From positions 3,716 to 67,715 of the forward strand of contig JAQZBD010000010.1 in NCBI GenBank assembly GCA_029239235.1: 64,000 bases of DNA, given 5' to 3'. Below, in pieces: positions 36,528 through 45,952 of the stretch (the first letter of the stretch is position 1; each line of letters begins with the position of its first letter). The notes under the pieces were generated by a model, which was not told the DNA's origin, made no database searches, and saw only the letters and a list, made by a program, of their open reading frames with translations. Made by a program: the position numbers and the translations under genes. This DNA comes from Herbinix sp. (GTDB taxonomy: Bacteria; Bacillota; Clostridia; Lachnospirales; Lachnospiraceae).

Positions 36528-36932
36528 ATCAACTCATCTCCTCTGGTTAGTTGTGTCTGCATCTGCAATATGGCGACTCCTCTAATCATACACAAAATAT
36601 TCGTTTTGGTAGCGTGATGTCATAAAATGCAATTTTATTGCAATAACTTGCAAATATTCATAGCTTTCATAGCTTAAGGCATACTTAAGGTAGATTAGTA
36701 GATTAGTTTATTGTAAAATTAGGTATCGACTTATTTATTGTGTACTTCCTTATTTTAGACATATATTTAAGAGATATTTTATAATTAATTTCTTTTTTTC
36801 CAGGGATTATTGTGATAAACTATTTCTTAGTTACTTTTTCAACAAAATGAACTCAGACGGCAGCTTAACAGGTTCTTTGCTATGTTATGTTACTCTTCTG
36901 ATTATTATAGTAAACAAAAGTGAGGTTTTTTT

Positions 36933-37634
36933 ATGCCGAAACAGTCGCGACTGGAGGAGCCAGTCACTATTTATCAGCCTCGAGAGCTTCCCTCCGAGAA
37001 GGAAAAACTTAAGAATATGTCTACACAAGAGAAAATTAATTATCTTTGGGAATACTATCGGCTTCATGCCTTGGGAGGAATTTTAACAATTGCGGCAATT
37101 ATTTATGTTATTTATCAAATTGTGACTCCTAACATTAGTACTCAGTTTTATGCAGCCATTATTGATAGCTCACTTTCAACCGACGCTGTAGAAACATATA
37201 CAGAGGATTTCTCTGATTATTTGGAGCTTAACCCAAAGCTAGAAGATATCCAGATCAACGATACCTTTTATTTGAACAGTGGCAGTAATTATAATATTCA
37301 GCAGGCTTTAACCGCTTATATTGCAGCCCGCGAGGTAGATGTTATTATTGCCCCGGAATCTCAGTTTTTGAGCTACGCGCAGAATGATTATTTTACAAAG
37401 CTTTCAGAGGCACTGCCTACCGATATCTACAGCTCCTTGACAGATCGTTTTGTTCTGTCTTCAACTACAGAAGATTCGGAAAAGAATGCCTATGGAATAT
37501 ACTTAAATGACTCAGATTTATTTAAGGATGTAACCTATGATGGGGAACCCTATGTACTTGGAATCCTTGCAAACTATCCCCACGAAGAAAATACCATTGA
37601 ATTTATCAATTACTTATTTAGAGACTTGAAATAG
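36933..37634 (+). CDS. hypothetical single-pass membrane protein with an extracytoplasmic domain
   Basis: A 233-aa ORF with a GTGAGG SD and one TM segment (LHALGGILTIAAIIYVIYQIV). It is followed by a strong terminator. Confidence 0.65.
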   Translation: MPKQSRLEEPVTIYQPRELPSEKEKLKNMSTQEKINYLWEYYRLHALGGILTIAAIIYVIYQIVTPNISTQFYAAIIDSSLSTDAVETYTEDFSDYLELNPKLEDIQINDTFYLNSGSNYNIQQALTAYIAAREVDVIIAPESQFLSYAQNDYFTKLSEALPTDIYSSLTDRFVLSSTTEDSEKNAYGIYLNDSDLFKDVTYDGEPYVLGILANYPHEENTIEFINYLFRDLK

Positions 37635-37649
37635 AGATAATCCTTTTGC

Positions 37650-37680
37650 AAAAGAGCTCTGGCAATGCCAGAGCTCTTTT
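37650..37680. terminator. Rho-independent terminator (symmetric A/T flanks)
   Basis: aaaagagctctggca-a-tgccagagctctttt. Confidence 0.85.
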
Positions 37681-37777
37681 GTCTTCTTATCTATCTTAAG
37701 CCATTAACAGGCTTTCATTTACAACTTACTATTCAGACACTAACTTGGATAATAAACCACGGAAACAAACAAAGTAT

Positions 37778-38860
37778 TTATTTTGCAGTTATATAGCCCT
37801 GAGCTTTTAATAATTCGGCTGTCAAGACAGAACCTCCTGCAGCTCCACGAACTGTGTTGTGAGAAAGGCCAACAAATTTGTAATCAAATACCCTGTCTTC
37901 TCTTAACCTGCCAAAGCAAACGCCCATTCCATTCTCTCTGTCACGGTCAAGCTTTGTCTGAGGACGATTATCTTCCTCAAAATATTTAATGAACTGCTTC
38001 GGAGCACTTGGCAATTCAAGCTCTTGAGGAATTCCCTTAAACTCAGCCCAAGCCTTTATGATTTCTTCTTTCGTAGGCTTCTTCTCAAAGCTAACGAACA
38101 CTGCTGCCGTATGTCCGTCCGTTACCGGAACACGGATACACTGTGTTGTAATCATTGGCCCCTCTGCCTTTACGATCTGACCGTCCTCGACCTTACCCCA
38201 GATACGTAATGGCTCCTGCTCGCTCTTCTCTTCTTCACCACCAATGTAAGGAATTACATTGTCCACCATCTCAGGCCAGTCTGTAAAATTCTTACCCGCA
38301 CCGGAAATAGCCTGGTAGGTTGTTGCAACTACAAGCTTAATTCCAAACTCTCTAAGAGCATGAAGCGCAGGTGTATAGCTTTGGATAGAACAGTTTGGCT
38401 TTACTACAATAAAACCTCTCTGTGTTCCAAGACGCTTTCTTTGATCTGCAATTACCTCTAAATGTTCCGGATTTAATTCAGGTACAACCATAGGTACATC
38501 TGGAGTCCATCTATGAGCACTGTTATTGGAGACTACCGGGGTCTCTGCTTTCGCATATGCTTCCTCGATGGTCTTAATTTCATCCTTTGTCATATCTACA
38601 GCGCTGAACACAAAATCCACGTCCGCGCTTACTGCCTCGACGTCGTTTACGTTCATTACGACTAATTTCTTAATGTTCTCTGGCATAGGAGTTGCCATCT
38701 TCCAACGGTTTCCGACTGCCTCTTCATATGTTTTACCAGCACTTCTGGGACTTGCTGCAACTGTAACTACTTCAAACCAAGGATGGTTTTCCAATAAAGC
38801 GATAAAACGCTGTCCAACCATTCCTGTTCCACCAAGGATACCAACTCTTAACTTGCTCAT
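37778..38860 (-). CDS. asd: aspartate-semialdehyde dehydrogenase
   Basis: MSKLRVGILGGTGMVGQRF gives the NAD(P) Rossmann motif, and VKPNCSIQ contains the active-site Cys. A GGAGG SD precedes the ATG at 38860; the ORF-track start at 38893 is upstream of it. Confidence 0.92.
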   Translation of the reverse strand: MSKLRVGILGGTGMVGQRFIALLENHPWFEVVTVAASPRSAGKTYEEAVGNRWKMATPMPENIKKLVVMNVNDVEAVSADVDFVFSAVDMTKDEIKTIEEAYAKAETPVVSNNSAHRWTPDVPMVVPELNPEHLEVIADQRKRLGTQRGFIVVKPNCSIQSYTPALHALREFGIKLVVATTYQAISGAGKNFTDWPEMVDNVIPYIGGEEEKSEQEPLRIWGKVEDGQIVKAEGPMITTQCIRVPVTDGHTAAVFVSFEKKPTKEEIIKAWAEFKGIPQELELPSAPKQFIKYFEEDNRPQTKLDRDRENGMGVCFGRLREDRVFDYKFVGLSHNTVRGAAGGSVLTAELLKAQGYITAK

Positions 38861-39019
38861 CTTAATTCCTCCACCTGTTCTTGTATGGCACACATTTGTC
38901 TTTTCTGTAAATATACTATACGCGAAATTCAGAAAAAATCAACAGCTTTTTCATATTTTTATAGAATTTTGTTAACATCTCATAGATTAATACTATTTGC
39001 ATACCGACTTTTGGTTATT

Positions 39020-39988
39020 TTAAACATGGTTTTGATACTCTTTCAGCAGCTGTCTGAGATCCTCCATATTCTCTATCTCATTGACCCGGTTCCTTAATTT
39101 GGCTGAACCGGGATAACCTGTTGTATACCAGGCTACATGCTTTCTCATTTCTCGAATACCGGTAAACTCTCCCTTGTATTCCACAGACAAAGCACCGTGA
39201 CGCAGAATCATCTCCGTTACCTCGTCGAAACTTGGCTTCGGTAATAGAATTCCATCTCTCAGATATGTTTTGATTTGCTCAAAGATCCAAGGATTCCCAC
39301 GAGTTCCTCTTGCCATCATAATTCCATCACAGTGGGTTAGTTCGATCATCTTCTTTGCATCCTCGGGAGTAAAAATATCCCCGCTTCCGATGACCGGAAT
39401 AGTCAATGCCTCTTTAACGGCTCTGATTACCTCCCAATCTGCCTTACCGCTGTAATATTGTTCCCTGGTTCTGGCATGGACTGCAACTGCCGCTGCACCG
39501 TTCTCCTCAGCAATTTTAGCCACTTCCACCGCGTTGTTGTCCGTCTCATGGAAACCCTTTCGAATTTTTACCGTAAGGGGCTTATTGATTGCAGAAGACA
39601 CCATTTTTACGATTTCACCTATTAATTTAGGATTCTTCATCAGGGAGGAACCCTCTCCGTTATTAACCACCTTCGGAACCGGGCAACCCATATTTATGTC
39701 CAGAATATCAAAATTACGGTGCTCAATTCGCTTTGCCGTCTCACTCAAAATAATAGGATCGGCTCCAAAGAGCTGTAATGCCACAGGCCGCTCTGTCTCA
39801 TGGATTTGAAGCAAGCTTTCCGTGTTTTTATTATTATACTGAGTCCCCTTTGCACTTACCATCTCTGTATAAACTAAGTCTGCACCCTTCTCTTTACACA
39901 ATAAACGAAAAGGCAGGTCTGTTACTCCTGCCATGGGGCCTAAAAGCAAATTACCTTCTAATTTCACATTGCCGATCTTCAGGCTCAT
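39020..39988 (-). CDS. dusB: tRNA dihydrouridine synthase DusB
   Basis: LLGPMAGVTDLPFRLLC, DINMGCP, VKIRKG and HARTREQ are typical Dus motifs. Confidence 0.92.
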   Translation of the reverse strand: MSLKIGNVKLEGNLLLGPMAGVTDLPFRLLCKEKGADLVYTEMVSAKGTQYNNKNTESLLQIHETERPVALQLFGADPIILSETAKRIEHRNFDILDINMGCPVPKVVNNGEGSSLMKNPKLIGEIVKMVSSAINKPLTVKIRKGFHETDNNAVEVAKIAEENGAAAVAVHARTREQYYSGKADWEVIRAVKEALTIPVIGSGDIFTPEDAKKMIELTHCDGIMMARGTRGNPWIFEQIKTYLRDGILLPKPSFDEVTEMILRHGALSVEYKGEFTGIREMRKHVAWYTTGYPGSAKLRNRVNEIENMEDLRQLLKEYQNHV

Positions 39989-40098
39989 TAGCATCTCTCC
40001 AATATCTTCTCTGTATTAATGAAGCCATGGCATAACGTTCTATTTCACTGTTTGCCATGACTTTTCTCTATTATTATATGCTAGCATTTCGCAATGCG

Positions 40099-40869
40099 CT
40101 ATCTTTTATTCTTGTCATTAATAATCTTAAGACCCTTCAAGGTCAGGTTAGGATCATATACCTCTATGATATCTGTTGCATCGGAAATAATCTTACCAAG
40201 GCCACCCGTAGCAATAACTCTACAGTTTTCAACTCCTGCCTCCTTAAGCATTCTCTTAACGATATACTCTGTCTGGCCAATACAGCCGAAGATGAGACCC
40301 GCCTGCATACTAGTGATTGTATCTTTTGCAAGAATTGTGTCCGGCATTGCAATCTCTATCTCCGGCAGCTTAGCAGTATCTGTCCAAAGGGCATTTGCTG
40401 CAATGCGAAGTCCAGGGCAGGTAACTGCTGCCTGGAAGGCTCCATCCTCCATGATTAGATCATAGGTAATCGCTGTTCCGAAATCGATGACCAAAACAGG
40501 CCCTCCATAGATTTCAAATGCTGCAACCGCATCAACGATTCTGTCTGCACCAACTTCCTTCGGATTCGCCGTAGAAACTTTAATTCCTGTCTTAGTTCCG
40601 GCTCCGACAATCAACGGAGTGATACCCAGATACTTTATGATTCCGGAAGATAAGGAATGCATCAGCTTCGGCACTACAGAAGCAATGATTACATTCTTTA
40701 TTTCCCCAATGCCTATATTTCTTGCCTTTAATAAATCACATAAAATCAGGCCATATTCATCTGAGGTTCGATTTGTGTTTGTAGTCAAGCGAAAGGTCGC
40801 TTTGATATTTGCTTCCTCGAACACGCCTAAGGTTATGTTTGTATTTCCAACATCAACAACTAGTAGCAT
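40099..40869 (-). CDS. coaX: type III pantothenate kinase
   Basis: [17 protein letters not shown] and [11 protein letters not shown] are CoaX signatures. GGAGG SD. Confidence 0.93.
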   Translation of the reverse strand: MLLVVDVGNTNITLGVFEEANIKATFRLTTNTNRTSDEYGLILCDLLKARNIGIGEIKNVIIASVVPKLMHSLSSGIIKYLGITPLIVGAGTKTGIKVSTANPKEVGADRIVDAVAAFEIYGGPVLVIDFGTAITYDLIMEDGAFQAAVTCPGLRIAANALWTDTAKLPEIEIAMPDTILAKDTITSMQAGLIFGCIGQTEYIVKRMLKEAGVENCRVIATGGLGKIISDATDIIEVYDPNLTLKGLKIINDKNKR

Positions 40870-40896
40870 ATTATTCCTCCAATCCCTGCTACATCT

Positions 40897-41247
40897 TTAT
40901 TCCTCACTTAAAAGCTCTGCAGCATCTTCTCCAAGAAAAAACACCTTATAATACATTTCCAGAGCTTCTAAGAGTTCAGCTTTCTCTCTTTGCAGCTGCT
41001 TTATTTTTAATGCACTGCCAATTTCATCGTAGAGATAATCGCTTTCGTTAGAGTCTACCTTAAAGATCAAAGTCCCATCCTCATCAAATTCCAAGGACAG
41101 TACTCCTCCAACGTCCTCTGTAAATAATACAGACATTATTTTTAATTCTTGCTTTATTTGCTCCGGCAGCGTCTTAAAATCATCACTTAGCCAGAATTTC
41201 TGTTCATAAGCGCTGCTTGCACATAAAACCACTTTTTCCTGATACAT
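40897..41247 (-). CDS. conserved hypothetical acidic protein (116 aa)
   Basis: GGAGG SD. No motif assigned with confidence. Confidence 0.6.
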   Translation of the reverse strand: MYQEKVVLCASSAYEQKFWLSDDFKTLPEQIKQELKIMSVLFTEDVGGVLSLEFDEDGTLIFKVDSNESDYLYDEIGSALKIKQLQREKAELLEALEMYYKVFFLGEDAAELLSEE

Positions 41248-41269
41248 TGCACAATATCCTCCACAATTC

Positions 41270-41548
41270 TTAGATATACCGAACTATAATAAATCCCAGA
41301 GCAATTATAATCACTCCAAACATAAGATAACTCATACCTACCGTTCTCTTAGCCGGCTCGCGCCACATAGTCATGCCATTGTTCACATTAATTAAGCCTC
41401 CCGCAAAGCAGGCCGCTAAGATAGCATATCGGCTATTTGGCTTTAGAAAAAAATAAAATAGCGCTACGACTAAAATGATTGACAGTACCGTATTTATCCT
41501 AATGTTCTTATTTATAAGCTTCTCTAACAAATTCTTTCGTTTGTCCAT
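41270..41548 (-). CDS. small membrane protein (92 aa, 3 TM)
   Basis: Three hydrophobic segments; same strand and tightly spaced with its neighbours. Confidence 0.55.
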   Translation of the reverse strand: MDKRKNLLEKLINKNIRINTVLSIILVVALFYFFLKPNSRYAILAACFAGGLINVNNGMTMWREPAKRTVGMSYLMFGVIIIALGFIIVRYI

Positions 41549-41622
41549 TCCTATAACCCCACAGAATTATACAAATTTTTCAGATATGTCAGGCAATGTG
41601 CCAGTAATGTTTGATGCTTGTT

Positions 41623-42558
41623 CTACTTTCCGAGAGTTGCTACCATGACCGCCTTTATTGTGTGCATACGATTCTCTGCCTCGTCAAATACTACATCTGC
41701 AAAATGTTCAAAGATTTCCTCTGTGACCTCTTTTCCTTTTACCGCGGGTAAACAATGAAGGAAAATGGATTCTTCCTTCCCTGTACGAGCCATCAGGGCA
41801 GCGTTCACCTGATAAGGCTTTAAGATTGCAATACGCTCTGCTGCCTTATCCTCTTCTCCCATAGAGCACCATACATCCGTATAAACTGCATCTGCAGCTT
41901 TCACTGCATCTAAATCATCTGATATCTCAATCCGGCTGCCTGATTCCACTGCATAACCCTTGCATAAAGCCACTAAGTCCTCTTCCGGCCATAAAGACTT
42001 TGGTGCAAGAATCGTAAAATGAATTCCCATTTTTGCGGAACCAATCATTAAGCTATTCGCCATATTATTACGACCATCCCCAACATAGACGAGTTTTAGC
42101 CCCTTAAGCTTACCAAACTGCTCTTTTAAAGTCAAGAAGTCTGCAAGAATTTGAGTTGGATGATCCAGGTCCGTAAGACCATTCCAAACCGGAACACCAC
42201 TGTATTTTGCCAGCTTTTCAACCGTATCCTGAGAGAAACCGCGAAACTGAATTCCATCAAACATTCTTCCCAGAACCCTTGCTGTATCCTCCACGCTTTC
42301 CTTATGACCTAATTGAATATCATCCTTGCTTAAGTATTCCGGATGTCCGCCTTCGTCTATACACCCAACTGTAAAGGCACAACGGGTTCTTGTAGAGGGC
42401 TTCTCAAAAATTAAGGCAATATTCTTACCTTTTAAGCTTTCACCTGTAACCCCCTGTTTTTTCTTTGCTTTTAATTCTGCTGCCAGATCAAGTAAATATG
42501 TGATCTCTTCCTCTGTAAAATCCTTTAGTGTTAAAAAGCTGCGTCCCTTTAAATTCAT
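41623..42558 (-). CDS. argF: ornithine carbamoyltransferase
   Basis: STRTR carbamoyl-phosphate motif ([12 protein letters not shown]), HPTQ and HCLP motifs. A GGAGG SD precedes the ATG at 42558. Confidence 0.93.
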   Translation of the reverse strand: MNLKGRSFLTLKDFTEEEITYLLDLAAELKAKKKQGVTGESLKGKNIALIFEKPSTRTRCAFTVGCIDEGGHPEYLSKDDIQLGHKESVEDTARVLGRMFDGIQFRGFSQDTVEKLAKYSGVPVWNGLTDLDHPTQILADFLTLKEQFGKLKGLKLVYVGDGRNNMANSLMIGSAKMGIHFTILAPKSLWPEEDLVALCKGYAVESGSRIEISDDLDAVKAADAVYTDVWCSMGEEDKAAERIAILKPYQVNAALMARTGKEESIFLHCLPAVKGKEVTEEIFEHFADVVFDEAENRMHTIKAVMVATLGK

Positions 42559-42858
42559 ATAATCCTCCATTCCTCCGCTTTTTGCGGTAATCAATTATAG
42601 TAATGTATGTTGCTACGTTTTTTATCCTGTTGAAACCTGCCTTTTTTCTTGTCAGGAATGTAACTATCAGAAGCTAAATTAGCTTCTGATAAACAGTGAT
42701 TATTTAAGCTTTGTATCTCGATTATTGGAATCTAGTTCTGTCCGATAATTTGAAAACACACATAACGCATTTATAATTATGCTTTATATGTGTTTATTTA
42801 TACATTATTCTAATTGAGAGGAAATGTCAAGTACATTTATTATAATGGCTTGTTATAA

Positions 42859-43659
42859 TTATCTTCTTCTTTGTCTTGCGGCTTCATACATTAAAATAGC
42901 GGCTGCAACGGCAGCATTTAAAGATTCTACTTTACCTGCCATTGGTATTTTAATTAAACGATCGGCCTTTTCTGAAGCTTCCTTGGATAATCCATTGGCT
43001 TCATTCCCGATTAAAAATGCACAAGGATCTACAAAGCTTCCCTCTGTATCGTATAGCTCTCCCGATAAATGAGCCGCAAAGATAGTAATCTCCTGCTGTT
43101 TTATCGCACTGATTGTCCCAAAAAAATCCTCTGATTGATAAAAAGGCATTCGGTAAATAGAACCCATGGTGGAACGGATTACCTTTGGGTTGTATAAATC
43201 TACGGTTGAGCTGTTACAGATAATTCCGGTCACTCCTGCCCCCTCGGCAGTTCGAATCATTGTCCCTAAATTTCCCGGATCACGGATATCCTCTAATAAC
43301 AAAAGACATGCATTTGGAGTTTTAATCATATACTCCAGGCTATGCTCTGCCTTTTTAACAAGCCCCATAATACCTTGAGGTGTTTTTGTATCTGCCACCT
43401 CCTTGAATACAGAATCAGACACGATCTCATAATCAAAGGACTGGAAGTAATCTGGCTCTTGCACAGTCATTTCTTGATAAAAAGACTCTGACACATATGC
43501 CTTTTTCATAAGTCCTAGTTCTAAGGCCTCTTCAAACATCTTCCAGCCTTCTACAACAAAGACTCCTTGATCGTCCCGCGCTTTGGACTTTTTCTGTAAT
43601 AATGTTAGATTTTTCATCTGAGCATTACTCAAACTGCTGATGATATCTTTATTTTTCAT
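42859..43659 (-). CDS. TrmH/SpoU-family RNA 2'-O-methyltransferase (RlmB-like)
   Basis: SpoU motifs are DPGNLGTMIRTAEGAG, FLIGNEANGLS and IPMAGKVESLNAAVAAAILMYE. Confidence 0.88.
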   Translation of the reverse strand: MKNKDIISSLSNAQMKNLTLLQKKSKARDDQGVFVVEGWKMFEEALELGLMKKAYVSESFYQEMTVQEPDYFQSFDYEIVSDSVFKEVADTKTPQGIMGLVKKAEHSLEYMIKTPNACLLLLEDIRDPGNLGTMIRTAEGAGVTGIICNSSTVDLYNPKVIRSTMGSIYRMPFYQSEDFFGTISAIKQQEITIFAAHLSGELYDTEGSFVDPCAFLIGNEANGLSKEASEKADRLIKIPMAGKVESLNAAVAAAILMYEAARQRRR

Positions 43660-43802
43660 GGCTTAATATTCCTTTATATAATGAAATAATTTCTTCACAT
43701 TAACTAGGTAATCACCAAATGTTCCCTACTCAACTCAAATAAAAAATTTCCTACAACTTTACTATTCATAGGAAGGAATTTGATTAGTCATTAATATACT
43801 AA

Positions 43803-43840
43803 AAACCTTCCCTGTACTTTGGCGAGTCAGGAAGGTTTTT
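43803..43840 (-). terminator. Rho-independent terminator of the prmC-prfA transcript
   Basis: aaccttcc ... ggaaggtt stem with T-rich (minus) and A-rich flanks. It lies distal to the 56-bp repeats. Confidence 0.7.
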
Positions 43841-43870
43841 AGTTTCCACTTAGGTCAACCACCCTGTGGT

Positions 43871-44038
43871 GACCAAGCATTTACTGCTCTGTTAAGTTTG
43901 CCAGCTTTGCTGCTTGGTCCTAAGCCGACCAAGAATTTACTGCTCTGTTAAGTTTGCCAGCTTTGCTGCTTGGTCCTAAGCCGACCAAGCATTTACTGCT
44001 CCGTTAAATTTGCCAACTTTGCTGCTTGGTCGGCTGCA
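43871..44038. repeat. Three tandem 56-bp units; the third is the genuine 3' end of prfA
   Basis: Units start at 43871, 43927 and 43983. Units 1 and 2 differ at 1 of 56 positions. Versus the genuine gene end they carry 3 substitutions in the 39 nt encoding [12 protein letters not shown]. All three are synonymous. Confidence 0.95.
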
Positions 44039-45066
44039 ATTAGGCTGTCTATAATTTCTTCCAGATCACCGTTCATTACTTCTCCGAGCTGATGAACAGT
44101 TAATTTAATTCTATGATCAGTTACACGTCCTTGAGGGAAGTTATAGGTTCTGATTTTCTCAGAACGGTCTCCTGTTCCTACCTGACTCTTTCTTGCTTCC
44201 GCTTCTGCACTCTGTGCCTTTTCCAATTCCAATTCATACAGCTTAGAACGAAGGACACGAATTGCCTTATCCTTATTCTTTAACTGAGATTTTTCATCCT
44301 GACATGAGATAACAATACCAGTTGGGATGTGAGTAAGTCTTACAGCAGAGTCAGTCGTATTAACGCACTGTCCACCATTACCAGAGGAACGGAATACATC
44401 AAACTTACAGTCATTCATATCAAGCTCAACGTCAACCTCTTCTGCTTCCGGCATGATAGCCACGGTAGATGTAGAAGTATGGATTCTGCCGCCTGATTCT
44501 GTCACAGGCACACGCTGAACACGGTGAACACCGCTCTCATATTTTAATTTAGAATAAGCACCTTTACCAATTACCATAAATATTACTTCTTTAAATCCGC
44601 CTATACCATTCTCATTTAAGTTCATCATATCAATCTTCCAACGATAACGCTCTGCAAACATTACATACATACGATATAGCTCAGCAGCAAAAAGAGCCGC
44701 CTCGTCACCGCCGGCGCCACCACGGATTTCAACGATAACATTCTTATCATCATTGGGATCCTTTGGAAGAAGTAAAATCTTCAGCTCTTCTTCGATCTTG
44801 ACAATGTTCTGCTTGCTTTCAGCTAATTCTTCTTTCGCAAGCTCGCGCATTTCCTCATCGCTTTCCTCATCAAGAATTGCCAGGCTATCCTCAATATTGG
44901 TCTGAGTTGCTTTATATTCCTTATATTTCTCAACGATATCGGTCAAATCTGAATGCTCTTTACGAAGCTTCCGGTATCTGGCCTGATCGTTCATGATATC
45001 CGGATTCATCAGCTCCTGTTCTAATTCCTGATAACGAATCAAAATATCTTCCAACTTGTCAAACAT
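43993..45066 (-). CDS. prfA: peptide chain release factor 1
   Basis: [19 protein letters not shown] is the typical RF1 N-terminus. It has the PVT tripeptide ([10 protein letters not shown]) and the GGQ motif ([11 protein letters not shown]). The ATG at 45066 avoids overlap with prmC. Confidence 0.95.
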   Translation of the reverse strand: MFDKLEDILIRYQELEQELMNPDIMNDQARYRKLRKEHSDLTDIVEKYKEYKATQTNIEDSLAILDEESDEEMRELAKEELAESKQNIVKIEEELKILLLPKDPNDDKNVIVEIRGGAGGDEAALFAAELYRMYVMFAERYRWKIDMMNLNENGIGGFKEVIFMVIGKGAYSKLKYESGVHRVQRVPVTESGGRIHTSTSTVAIMPEAEEVDVELDMNDCKFDVFRSSGNGGQCVNTTDSAVRLTHIPTGIVISCQDEKSQLKNKDKAIRVLRSKLYELELEKAQSAEAEARKSQVGTGDRSEKIRTYNFPQGRVTDHRIKLTVHQLGEVMNGDLEEIIDSLIAADQAAKLANLTEQ

Positions 45067-45082
45067 AACAATATTTCCTCCA

Positions 45083-45913
45083 TTATATAAATCTTGCGCA
45101 GACAATGCGATCCAGCCCGCTAAGATCCTTCTTAATTATAATATCCGCATACCCTTCTTTTTCAAGTATATGCTTTACATCATTTCCCTGATCATATCCA
45201 ATCTCAAAGAAAAGGTACCCTTTTTTATTCAGATGTTCTTTCGCTCTGTCCGCAATAACGCGATAGAATTTAAGTCCATCCTCACTCCCGTCAAGTGCTA
45301 AATGTGGCTCATGATCTTTTACCTCCGGCATCAATTCCTCAATCACACTGGTTCGTATGTAGGGCGGATTAGAAACAATAATATCAAAGCTTTTCGTAAT
45401 TTGCTGGAAAAGATCACTTAACTCAAATTCCACCGTGACACTAAGCTTTGCAGCATTCCGTTTTGCAATCGTCAGCGCTTTCTCAGATAGATCCGCTCCA
45501 TATGCACTTTCTAAATTCCCCAGCTTTGCCAGACTGATTATAATACAGCCTGATCCCGTACACATATCAAGCACAGACTTTCCCTTGCAAATCTTAAGTA
45601 TTTCTTCCACTAAAACTTCGGTATCCTGCCGCGGAATTAATACATCCTTACTCACATCAAATTCCAGCCCCATGAATTCCTGGGTTCCTGTCAAGTGCTG
45701 TAAGGGTATATGTCTTGCCCTTTCATCTACATAAGAAAGATAGCGTACCGCTTCCTCTTCCCGCACATCTTCATTCCCGTGTAATAAATAATCTGTTCTA
45801 TTTATATTAAAAACATAAGTCATCAGATACCAAGCATCTAAATCAGCATCCGGGATCTCCTGCTCTAACAGCATCTTCTTTGCTGTCTGCAATAATTCCT
45901 TATAAGTACTCAT
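45083..45913 (-). CDS. prmC: release factor glutamine N5-methyltransferase
   Basis: SAM motif [11 protein letters not shown] and catalytic IVSNPPY. Located immediately upstream of prfA. Confidence 0.92.
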   Translation of the reverse strand: MSTYKELLQTAKKMLLEQEIPDADLDAWYLMTYVFNINRTDYLLHGNEDVREEEAVRYLSYVDERARHIPLQHLTGTQEFMGLEFDVSKDVLIPRQDTEVLVEEILKICKGKSVLDMCTGSGCIIISLAKLGNLESAYGADLSEKALTIAKRNAAKLSVTVEFELSDLFQQITKSFDIIVSNPPYIRTSVIEELMPEVKDHEPHLALDGSEDGLKFYRVIADRAKEHLNKKGYLFFEIGYDQGNDVKHILEKEGYADIIIKKDLSGLDRIVCARFI

Positions 45914-45952
45914 GATTATTCTCCATGAACCAGCCAGTAACTATCCATTTTT

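Noticed and set aside
42741-42820. The AT-rich near-palindrome gcataattataaatgc upstream of argF as a possible ArgR/AhrC ARG box
   Set aside because: It does not match the TGAAT...ATTCA core of known ARG boxes well enough, and AT-rich palindromes are frequent in this DNA.
43871-44038. Regularly spaced 56-bp repeats, which might suggest a CRISPR array
   Set aside because: The units are directly adjacent with no spacers. There are only three copies, one copy is the coding end of prfA, and no cas genes are present.
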